A stretch of DNA of 64,000 nt from Octopus sinensis (lineage: Eukaryota): the NCBI RefSeq assembly GCF_006345805.1, contig NC_043006.1:100440001-100504000 (forward strand), read 5' to 3'. Within the stretch, counting starts at the first letter, position 1, and each line of letters starts with the position of its first letter. Both the position numbers and the translations under genes were made by a program. Under the pieces are notes generated by a model. That model was not told the DNA's origin, did no database searches, and worked only from the letters and a program-made list of their open reading frames with translations. Positions 53,248-64,000 of the stretch are shown piece by piece.

Positions 53248-54426
53248 GTTTCTTTATTAGCCACACAGGGCTGCACACAGATAGAACAGATACAAGGTAG
53301 AGCTTTTCTTTTGAAGGTATTAAAAAAAAAAAAAAAAAAAAAAAGGAAGGGGGAGGTTCGATCAAAAGGGATCGTAAAAGAGAGAAAGAGGACAAAAATA
53401 AGGGGGTTAAAAAAAAAATTAAAAAAAAAAAAAGGGGGGAGAGAAAAAAAAATGATCAATAGGGATCGTTATCACAGAAAGTCAATATGAAGTGTAAAGG
53501 GGAGGACAGGTGAGGTTTACCGTGGAAAGAAAAGCCTGCGGAAAAGACCACGGTAACCTCGGTCAATGAAGTCACATTTTATATTTCTTTTTTTTTTTTT
53601 TTTTTTTTTTTTTTGCAAATAAGCAACTCTCTGTTTTCGATTTCTGGGTCATGGACTATGCTCAAGGTGGCTTCGTCATTCATACGCCATTCTTGCTACA
53701 TTCACCCATCTTTTTTTAAAACATTCGCTAGACAAAACTTGCCTCTCTACTCTCACTTTCCTTTTCAAGTGGTACTTGAAGAAGTTGATGAGAGATTGAC
53801 CAGAGAGGAAAGTGTTTGTCTCCAATCCTTTCAGACGCGTCCACCAGATACATTCTTTCGCCATAGCCACAAGAATGATGAAAATAGCTCTTCCTTCCCG
53901 TTTGAAGGAAGGAGGCGTGACAATATTGACGATAGACACAGCTGATAAACCGACTCGTCCCACACGTGACAGCAGTTGTTCGACATAAGCCACAGGTCGG
54001 AAATTGTTGGACACTGAACGAGTGCGTGCAGAACGGGTTCGTCGCTCTGACCGCATCTCGGGCAGGTCGGCCCCGTGTTTCTCGAGCCGTGTCTGTAGAG
54101 CTTATCCGAACGGGTAGCGCTTCTCGGTAGCACTGCCAGGCCAGGGATCTCTGGAAGTTGTCCATGGGCCCTGGCCCGAAAGTCGTCCGAACAGGCGGGT
54201 CAGGTACTCCTCGTCGACGTCCAGGTTCGCCCCGAGCTCGTCGTCGTACCTCCCCTCCACTAAACCCCTATAGAATGCTTTGGTTGTGTTGAAGTCACTT
54301 AAGGTCGACCCAGGACGGCAGAGTTGCTTGAGAGCAACGCGACACTCGCGGTGCCATTCGCCCTTCCTCGGCCTCTTTTTGATCCACGACTGCAGTTCGG
54401 TCATGGAGACGAGCTGCGGGAAAGCG
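53248..54426 (-). mobile_element. Tx1/L1-like LINE 3' end, copy 3 (ORF2 C-terminal zinc-binding region, frameshifted)
   Basis: Fragments ..RSLAWQCYREALPVR..CPRCGQSDEPVLHALVQCPTISDLW match the zf-RVT-like CxxC..E...H....C motif. Both ends in (GATA)n. Confidence 0.75.
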
Positions 54427-54483
54427 TATAGATAGATAGATAGATAGATAGATACATAGATAGATAGATAGATAGATAGATAT

Positions 54484-54577
<94 letters not shown>

Positions 54578-56339
54578 GGATAGAAGACTGTGTATGTTAC
54601 TTGTTATGTAACATTACAAGTATCTCAGAACTGGTATTATTTATGTTGTGCTCTTTCATGTCTAGCAATAGAGATCGTAAAATAAGAGGCAGTAACCTCT
54701 TCAAAGCAGTACTTAGTATGGCCAGTGTCTAGTGACCAAAACTAGTAGAAAAATAAATATCACAATTGAAAATATTTTATATGTATAGTTGTGCACACGC
54801 TTGTGTGTGTGTGCGCTTATAGATATTTTATGTATGTAATATTCAAATACACACAAACACACGCACGCACACAGGCACACCTGCACACGCAAACATAGAC
54901 ACACACACACATATATATACATACATATATACATTTATATTTATATTTATATATATGAACATATGTGTGGGGGTTGTAAAGATCTATCGAATTTTTAAAA
55001 CAAATTCTATATCTAAATACAGAGAATGTACGTCACTTACTCCCACAAATAATTTGTTTTCCTTTGATTTACCGAAAATGTCAATTCAAACAACTCTGAC
55101 GTCATCAGAAAGATAAAAGAAATTGAAATGGAAATTAACTAAACAAAGGCATAAATAAATAAATGCCATCATCCAATAATTCAATAGATGCGACAGAGAT
55201 CAGTGATCATGTCACAAGAGTGTGACGAACGACTTTCATACCGTTTCACTAAATATTGATTCTTCACCATGAATAACACCAGGCTATAAAACGTGTATAC
55301 GTGGATTGTAACCGCTTGACTCTAACGATTCCCGAAGGTTCAAATTTCAAGTCGAGCTCGTTGCAGTTTCAACTCAGAATATATAGAACTCTCTGAGTTT
55401 GTGCAAATATAACGTTGTGGCGTTTGCTGTGTTCCTCTCGCTCCTGGGCTGTTTTTACCACGCAAAAATAATTATTTCGCTGTTTACTAACAAGGACACT
55501 GATTTCATGGAAGATTGTTAGTGCTGAATTATACACAGCGTCAGTACGAGACAAGAGAGAAGACAAGTGACTTACTCATCAATATATTCTGCACATGATA
55601 ATAAAATCAGGAATTCAATTCCTGTACCATACAACGAATTCGAACCTTGAGCATTTCCTTTCACGTTGCCTCACTGCATCCAGTGGCATTGAGCACGAAC
55701 CAGGCGCTGATGAAGCTCTCATTCCTCCAGATGTCACATGCTGGATGATATGCGATGTCAAGTTTGAGGTTGAGGTAAAGTGACTATAATCACTTGCGAC
55801 TGTACTACGGGCCCAAATCTATTCGTTAAGACATGTATTTTATTATGCCTTAATCATTCGCGAGTGATGGCTGACTATATGTGACAGTCGCATACCGACA
55901 CTGCCGTCTCCGACACTGTTGTTGGTTTTTTGTCTTGTTTCTTTAGCCTCATCAATTTTAATTGATCAAATACATGTCACGTATGAATCAGGTATGAAAT
56001 GATGTGGTAAAAGTAGCCCTTATATCTATTGTTCACGTTGTATTCATATCTCTGCGGAGGCCATATCATTAATACAACACTCCGGTTTATAATGATGGAT
56101 ATTTCTTCACTTTCAAGCACTTATATCATATTACATATATATCATATTTCATGGGTCGAGTCAATATGACACAGGTGTGGGAATTCTAGGTAGTACCTTT
56201 AAATTTTTGTCACAATCCATCCGATAAACTTTTATATTGTCACGGTCTACGCATTTCCATTAAAAAAGCTTAGGTGGACTCAAAGCTAGATAGAAAACAC
56301 TTGCCAAAGATGCTGCAGTGAATGCAGACATGAATGGTT

Positions 56340-56745
56340 AAGAACATGAAATCATGTATGGCCGAGTATCTCGTTTTGCAACAATGTGGTTTTTGCTCTG
56401 TCTGAATATGCGGCACTTTGAGTATTTTCTATTATAGTCCCAAGATGACGAATGCGTTGTCAGTAAATTCAGTCGATGGGATCTGTTTAGAAGGCCATTG
56501 CGTATGTATGCGTGAGTGTAAGTATGTATGTATATATGCTAAATGTGTGTATATGGGACTTTGTGTTTGTATCACATTGCTTCACAACTAGTTCTAGTTT
56601 TAGTTGCTGCAATTTAAGCGGTTAGAAACATGTAATACAACAGAATAAGTATTAGTACCCGCCCGAAAATTTAATAGAGTGGATTGACTAGACCCTTTAT
56701 AAACTGTTGGCTAGCCAATAATTTACAGCCTGAAACAAAAGAAAG
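56340..56745 (+). mobile_element. Old degenerate SINE (family of 61840)
   Basis: TTTTCTATTATAGTCCCAAG..AATGCGTTGTCAGTAAATT, internal (GT/AT)n, tail TGAAACAAAAGAAAG. Confidence 0.4.
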
Positions 56746-57049
56746 TAGCCAATGGTCTCAGCTTACTCATTACAAAACTGGTGCTTTGCGTCAGTTACAT
56801 TTCTAATCACATTCACTCAAATGCTGTACGTTGAAATGCACTTGTCTTGTGCAGCCAAAATGATTCTCTCATTGTCTGCTTTTAGTCCAGAACTCCGCAG
56901 CCACTGACAGTTGAGAGTTTGATATATATATCAGGTTCTTTGCTACAGAAGATATACAGATTGTGTGATAGCTTTGATTCACATTTAGCGCTGTTTCCGT
57001 TGAATTTAATTTTTTGCCTACATGTTGAAGTTCTTTGCACTCTTTATTG

Positions 57050-58630
57050 TAGAATCACCTTAATTTTCCTATTATTCCACAAGTGTTGTGATTACCTTCA
57101 TGACTGAACGTATAATTTTCTTCATTTCATGTTTTGCAACTATTTTCAGCATTCAGTCATCTGTAATTTTAAGTTATTGTTCGAGTCCAATAGTGCATAT
57201 TTTCCATGACAGCTCATGCTGAAATATTCAGCTAACGCCATTTCTTCAAAGCAGGTAGAGAGAGGCGTTCCATATCTGCTTTTGTGTGCTGTAGTTTATT
57301 ACATTTCAGAAGTTACCTGATTTTGGTATCCATTTTCTTTATTTCACTTATGTTCTAATTCATGATGTTACACCTATAGGTGACAACTGGAATTGCAAGA
57401 GCGTTTATATAACATATTTTATTGTTTGAGCTGAGCTTTGTTTTCAAGACAGCATTTTTTCCTGATTTTCTGTTTTATAATAGTGTGATATGAACCTTCG
57501 CCTTCGCTGACCCCTAAATACTTGTAGGTTTGATCTTGTTCCAGTTCCTTAATTACTGCATCAACATATATTTTCATTGAATTTGTGCAATTCTGCCTTT
57601 TTCTTGAATGTTGCTTTCGCGCAATTTCCCAAACTAAAATTCCATCTCTACATCGTCACAGAACAGCTTAACTACCTTCAACAATCCTTCCAACTCGCTG
57701 TTATTTTTGACATAGTTTCAGGCTATCCACATAAAACATGATTTATGGTTCCAACCTTTCTTTTGTAGCAATATTTCATTTTGTTAAGCACTTGAATCAG
57801 AATTATGAGAGCAATGAAAAATACAAGAGGAGAAAACAATTCTACTTGAAAAGTACCACAGTTAATGCTTTTGCTACAGAAACTTTTAGTTCCACCAATG
57901 TGTGACAATGCTTGGTTTGTATTTAATAGTCATGTATTTTAAAAAGTTTGATATTATTGGGAAATGTTTCAGGCCGTTCAAATTTTATTAAAATCCATGA
58001 GTGGGAAACACTGTTAGACGCATCTTTATTAATTATCCAAGTAGTATTCAAAATTCCGTGCTTATTAAGACAGTTTTCAAAGTTTGTACAGGTAACTAGA
58101 AATTGTTCTTTACTGTCGTGAGACCCACGGCGGTAACTTGTCTGCTCATTAAGGAAAAAAGAGGATTTTCGTCCATCAATTTGTAGATTGTCTCAGTCAA
58201 GATTCAGGTGAGAATTTTGTAAGAAATGGAGAGGAAGGTGACGGGAAAAGATTTTCTATGGAAAATTTGTTCCTACTAACTTTGGTAAATGATATGATAT
58301 ACATGATGCAAAAAGATAAGAAGCTTCTCGGGGGTACGCATTATTTCGTTATAATATTTTAGGAGCATATCACGAGTAGCAGTTAAAGAACATAACTAAA
58401 ATTTTGGCAATTTCTCCATTTCTGTTTGTTGGCTTTCTTTGGTGCTAACTCCACTCACGTTTATATCTTACCAAATCTGCCTTTCTAAATTATTTTTTCC
58501 AGTTTATCCCTCCTAAATTCTCATTATGCGATTTTTCTTTACTCCATACTGTTTTCCGAGATTCTTCAATTTCATAAATTGAACAAGGTCCATTTACCCG
58601 AATTGTCTGACAGTTTATTCTACCAGTAAA
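57050..58630 (-). pseudogene. Highly decayed R4/Dong-like reverse transcriptase fragment
   Basis: Minus strand gives ELEQDQTYKYLG and traces of ME(F)..GNCAKATF, paralleling ELDQSQTYKYLG / MKFGLEKCAKVTL in 59680-61259. Confidence 0.55.
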
Positions 58631-58676
58631 ACACGTTCGCTTTTCGAATCATTATGATTATTATTATCATCATCAA

Positions 58677-58888
58677 GACTGCGACATGGCAGAATCGTTA
58701 GCTCGGCGGGCATAATGATTAATAGCATTTCGTCCATCCTTGCGTTCTGAGTTCAAATTCCGCCGGGGTCGACTTTGCTTTTCATCCTTTCGAGGTGGAT
58801 AAAATAAGTAGCAGTTGAGTAATGGAATCGATGTAATAGCATATCCCCCTCCTCAAAATTTCAGGCCTTGTGCCTATAGTAAAAAGTA
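58677..58888 (+). mobile_element. SINE (family of 10985), single unit
   Basis: TGGCAGAATCGTTAG..GTTCTGAGTTCAAATTCCGCCGGGGTCGACTTTGC..GGCCTTGTGCCTATAGTA. Confidence 0.75.
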
Positions 58889-58992
58889 TTATTATTATTA
58901 TTAGTAGTAGTAGTAGTAGTAGTAATAGTAGTAATAGTAGTAGTAGTAGTTGTTGTTGTTGTTGTTGTGGTTGTGGTGGTGGTGGTGGTGGT

Positions 58993-59365
58993 ATTGTCCT
59001 CGAGTGAATTTATTGAAAGGTAGGTGAAATTTGCCAAAGTGGATGGTACCTCTCTAAGTGTAGATCTGTGAGTCGAGAGAAGGAATTGTAGAGGGCACTT
59101 GCTCCTTGGGTTACAGGGAAGTCTCGGACAGTGAGGTTCCTCGATTATCCCAAGAGGCATTCCTGCATCAAGAGGGCCACATCTCTATCATCCTCCTCGT
59201 CATTTTTTACCGTTGTATGCTATACATATGTCCCTTAATTTTCAGTGTATACCGTGTATATTTATCTTTATTTTTTTCCTTTCGTTATTATATGTAAGCC
59301 CCCACACTTTATGTCTGTATTGTACCTCCCATCCTTCGCATTTCTGGCAAATAAATAAAACCATT
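58993..59365 (+). mobile_element. Unidentified retroelement-like 3' fragment between trinucleotide microsatellites
   Basis: Higher-GC block ending GCAAATAAATAAAA followed by (ATT)n. No protein recognised. Confidence 0.3.
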
Positions 59366-59374
59366 ACTATTACC

Positions 59375-59438
<64 letters not shown>

Positions 59439-59502
59439 TATTATTATTATCATCATCATCATCATCATCATCATTATTATTATTACTATCATCATCATCA
59501 TA

Positions 59503-59534
<32 letters not shown>

Positions 59535-59551
59535 CATCATCATCATCATCA

Positions 59552-59615
<64 letters not shown>

Positions 59616-59675
59616 CATCATTATTATTATTGTTATAATTATTATTATTATTATTATATTATTATTATTATTATT
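59375..59675. repeat. (ATT)n/(ATC)n microsatellite
   Basis: Direct observation. Confidence 0.95.
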
Positions 59676-59679
59676 TAGT

Positions 59680-61257
59680 AGTTTTATTTTTATAGCGTGC
59701 TTTCACTTCACTACCGAGCGCAGCTCTGTGTGCCTTGGGTATGTGCTGTGATTTGTTGTGATGCTCTGATGGTTATTGTATGGAAAGTGTTCTGCGTAGG
59801 ATGTGTGCAGTGCCTAGTAGTGCAATTTTCTGTATGTTATATGTGTTTGTAAGTCCTGGTGTTTTTGTTATGTATTTGTCTGAATATTTTTTTATCATGC
59901 CTAATGCACCTACTATGATAGGAATTGTTTCTGTTTCCAGATTCCACATTCTAGTTACCTCTATTTCCAGGTCTTTGTATTTTGAGAGTTTCTCCATTTC
60001 TTTTAGAGACACGTTGTCATCTGCCGGTATTGATACATCAATTAGAAAGCATTTTTTTTCTTCATGATCTCTGACAATTATATCTGGTCTGTTGGCCTTA
60101 ATTTCTCTATCTGTGTGTATCGGCATATCCCAGAGTATGGTGCTTTCTCGTTTTCTGTGTCCTTTTCTGGTGTGTGCCTATACCATCTTTTTTCTGTTGT
60201 TATTCCATAATGTTGGCATAGCTTCCAATGTATGTAGGTTCCAACTCTGTCATGTCTGTGAATATATTCCTTCTTAGCCAGGACTGGGCAGCTAGAGATA
60301 ATATGATTTATTGTTTCTTGTCCATCTCCACATATTCTGCAGTTACTTGTAATATTTCTTTTCATTACATGTTTTTGGTAATTTCTGGTGGGGAAACTTT
60401 GGTCTTGTGCTGCAATTAAAAACCCCTCTGTCTCTGCTTTGAGTCCTGAGCTTCTCAACCATTGCTGGGATTTTTCTTTGTCTATTTCTTTTGCGTTTAG
60501 TTTAGTCCAGTATTTACCATGAAGCGGCTTTTCTTGCCATCGTTTTATCATGCTTCGTTGCTGTTCTATTTTTAGTTTGGATTTCATTTGTTTTATAGCT
60601 TTTGTTGTTTCTTCATCTTCTTCTTCTTCATGTTTATTAGGTTGTATGATTTCTTGTTTGTATTTGTCAGCTTCCTTAAATACTGAGAACAGTTTTTTGT
60701 TTTGCTCGTGTTTTGCCGCTATCTGGATCAGTTTTCCTTCCTTCTGAAGTAGATATTTTGCAGTCCTATGGTGGTTATTTTATAGTAGTTTTCCAGCTGT
60801 ATAAGGCCTCTACCACCTTCTATACGTTGTATATATAGTCTTTCTATGTCAGATTTTGGGTGATGCATCCTAGATCCTGTCAGTATTTTTCTTGTTTTCC
60901 TATCTATTTTGGTCAGTTCATTTCGTGTCCAGTTAAGGATATTGTAGCTGTAACTTATAACTGGGACAGCTAAAGTGTTGATCCCTATTATCTTGTTTTT
61001 AGCATTGAGCTCTGTTTTTAGTATTGATCTAACTCGTCTATAATATTCTTTTTTTATTTTTTATTTCATTTGTGTGTGTTGTGTCTTATCTAGTTCATGG
61101 ATTCCTAAGTATTTGTAAGTTTGGCTTTGGTCTAATTCTTTTATTTCATTGGTTTTATCTAGTGTGATGTTGCTACTCTTAACTAGTTTTCCTCTTTTCA
61201 GGGTTACTTTGGCGCATTTTTCTAATCCAAATTTCATATCTATTTCTTTGGTAAATC

Positions 61258-61259
<2 letters not shown>
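59680..61259 (-). mobile_element. 5'-truncated R4/Dong-clade non-LTR retrotransposon (RT C-terminus, CCHC finger, restriction-like endonuclease), frameshifted
   Basis: ORFs 60078-60587 and 59773-60126: LKAETEGFLIAAQDQ, CRICGDGQETINHIISSC, RHDRV, NRPDII..LIDVSIP..EKLSKYKDL..PIIVGALG. Both ends abut (TAA)n. Confidence 0.9.
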
Positions 61260-61335
<76 letters not shown>

Positions 61336-61839
61336 CATCATCATTATTATTATAAAGGCATTATATGCTAATTTAATTAGAAGGACTGCTATCTCGGGAT
61401 TTGTTGATAAATCTCAATTTCATGCAGAATACAGGATGGCATTCTCTTGCCGGACGACAATGCGAATTTCAATTCCCAAATATTTCAGTCTGTTAGGTAA
61501 CATTTCGGCTGCTGCATCACCTATACGAACCACTCCAGGAATATTTGTCGTCTTACTCATAACACAATCTCTTATGGTCTCTGGCTAGAGCCTGATATTT
61601 TGCAATTTCTTAAATTTTCTTTGCTACCGATTCTGTTATCATAGGTAATTGCAATGTTTATTATCTTACAGTGTTCATTTTCTCTTCTATAATCAAATAT
61701 GGTCAGTCTATATGGAGTATGGTCAGTCTATATGGAGAAGTACTATAAGTTTCTGTAATACATACTTGGATGATATACAAATACATTCTCATATTTAATC
61801 AGTCATTGAACTAGCTTACTTATTATATTTTACTTCACA

Positions 61840-62012
61840 GAGGCGCAGGAGTGGTTGTGTGGTAAGTAGATTGCTAACTAACCACATGGTCCCGGGTTCA
61901 TTCCCACTGCGTGGCATCTTGGGAAAGTGTCTTCTGCTATAGCCCCGGGCCGACCAATGCCTTGTGAGTGGATTTGGTAGACGGAAACTGAAAGAAACCT
62001 GTCTTATATATG

Positions 62013-62045
<33 letters not shown>

Positions 62046-62223
62046 TTATGTGCCTGTGTTTGTCCCCCTAGCATTGTTTGACAACCGATGCTGGTGTGTT
62101 TACGTCCCCATCATTTAGCGATTCGGCAAAAGAGACCGATAGAATACGTACTGGGGTCGATTTGCTCGACTAAAGGTGGTGCTCCAGCATGACCGCAGTC
62201 AAATGACTGAAACAAGTAAAAGA

Positions 62224-62232
<9 letters not shown>
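61840..62232 (+). mobile_element. Full-length tRNA-derived SINE
   Basis: GAGGCGCAGGAGTGGTTGTGTGGTAAG head, GGTTCATTCCC B-box, internal (TA)/(GT)n, tail GAAACAAGTAAAAGAGTAAAAG then (AG)n. Confidence 0.85.
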
Positions 62233-62264
<32 letters not shown>

Positions 62265-62439
62265 CTCGACCTAACTTGCTCTGGTTAATTCTGCGAGAGT
62301 GGACAGCAACCTACTGCCAAAGGTCTCGCAGGTTCTCTTTCCACAAATTATAAGACTTGGTACTTTGGCATCAAGTTTTGAGGAAGATGCTCAACACCCG
62401 AGTACCAATCTTAAAATCCTAGCAGTTTTATTATTATTA

Positions 62440-62927
62440 TTATTCTATTTTTGACTTTTGCTTTACATTTGTACAAGTTGACTCCAAGTCTCACCCAGAG
62501 ACCTCAAGAGACAACAAGTTAGAAGTTCATGTTGGTGTTATGCCTAGGGTGCTATATATTTTGCTTTGTACTTAGTATTGTACTAGTGAATGTCTAAAAA
62601 ACCATGCGAAAATTATGTTTGTTTTAAAACTTGAGATTACATAGAAAGTATTTTTCGTAGGATATGAGCAGTTCCCATGAGCACTATCTTTTGAATTTCT
62701 GCCATTTTTGGGTTTCCTGGTATCTGAGATAGGTAGCGATCAGCTCCTTTTCCTACCATTCCCAGGGCACCTATGACAACAGGTATTGTTTTAGTCTTCA
62801 GTTTCACATTTTGCTGATTTCTATTTCAAGATCTTTATATTTGCTCGGTGTTTGGTAGGTCATGACAGATACGTTTATATCGATTGGGACAGTCATATCA
62901 ATGAGGAGCCATGTTCTTTGTATGAAG

Positions 62928-62930
<3 letters not shown>
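62440..62930 (-). mobile_element. R4/Dong-like 3' fragment in (TAA)n
   Basis: LLIDMTVPIDINVS..SKYKDLEIEISKM..IPVVIGALG. (TAA)n on both sides. Confidence 0.8.
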
Positions 62931-62983
<53 letters not shown>

Positions 62984-63109
62984 CATTATTATTATTTTAT
63001 TATTATTATTGATGGTTCTTTTTCATTATAGCTTTATTTTAGCCGTTTTAGTGCCGGGCGAAGAGTAGAAAGGGCACTTTTGCTTTGCAATGTATGCTAA
63101 AATTATCAC

Positions 63110-64000
63110 GACATTTATTCCATTTCAGATGGAGAGTGCTTTCCGTAGTGTATGGGCTGTATCCATCAAAGTTATCTTTTGTGGTTCACGGAGATTGGAG
63201 TTACCAGGGAGTTGCTTACTATACTTCTCAACCCCCTTCTTTATAATTCCCAATGGACCAATTACTTCTGATATTATCATAGTACTAAGCTTTCACATTT
63301 TTGTGATTTCAACTTGCAGATACATATAGTGAGAGAGCTTTTTGTATTCTTTTCTTGAGGCATTTTGATCTTGTGGGATTGATATATCAATTAACAGACA
63401 AGTTCCTCTCTTGTAGTCCTTGATCACAATGTCTGGTCGATTGGAGTCAATGTGTTTGTCTTTTATCTGTTTTGTCCAAGTTCCAAAGAATAGTGACGTC
63501 CTCGCCATTTACAACATCCTCTCGATGTTGCCGGTAACACTTATCTTGGGGTTTATTTTTGTAGCATTTACAAGTATTCCAGTGGATGTACCGCCCTAAT
63601 CTGTCATGCCTTATGAGGTACTTCTTTTCAGCGTGGACTGGGCAGCCAGAAACAACATGATCAATTGTCTCTGTGAATTTTCAGCAAAAACTGCACTTTG
63701 GGTCAGATCCATATTTAAGGATGTTTGCATAGTAATTTCTGGTAGGTGAGCTCTGATATTTCGCTGCTGTAACAAAACCATCCATTTCCCCTTTCAGACC
63801 TGTCCCTTGTAGCCATTGGTATGTTTGGCCTTGATCAATATCTGGCTTGGACAGGCAGTTAGGGCATCTTCCATGCAGGAGTTTGCCTTTCCAGTTGTCT
63901 TCGATATTATTCATGCAAACATTCTTTGCTTTTGTTTGATGTTTTTTGCATCAATGATAGGTTTGTCACTATTTGGACCTCGTTGGTCTTTCTGATTGAT
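63110..64000 (-). mobile_element. Decayed R4/Dong-like fragment (continues beyond window)
   Basis: WKGKLLHG..WLQGTGLKGEMDGFVTAA..PTRNY..DPKCSFC and NRPDIVIKDYKRGTCLLIDISIP. Confidence 0.8.

Overview
AT-rich eukaryotic, repeat-dominated DNA. The SINE, microsatellite and LINE content looks like a coleoid cephalopod (Octopus-like) genome; this is an inference. No intact host gene is evident: nearly all listed ORFs are translations of (TA)n, (CA)n, (TAGA)n and (TAA)n microsatellites, and there is one weak candidate exon at 38940-39170. Ordinary content: many tRNA-derived SINEs, Tc1/mariner and pogo-type MITEs, a decayed mariner transposase, two non-autonomous Helitrons, Tx1/L1-like 3' ends embedded in (GATA)n, and a cluster of R4/Dong-type RLE LINE fragments in (TAA)n. 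The standout is a set of non-coding elements inserted in (TA)n tracts that each carry a type I hammerhead ribozyme. They have sequence-unrelated monomers of about 362, 399, 535 and 601 nt, with one ribozyme per monomer. Insertions run past one monomer length (up to about 10 copies in a 5.9-kb array at 29202-35058). Several are built as two divergent arms whose RNA-sense 3' ends both abut (TA)n. Many of the ribozymes have very long stem II and palindromic stem III, one has a compensatory U3-A8 core, and several elements share a covarying 3'-terminal hairpin. This looks like a retrozyme / Penelope-pLTR-like system of small self-cleaving, probably circular, RNAs retrotransposed into TA microsatellites. 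All folds and coordinates were derived by eye and are approximate to a few nt.
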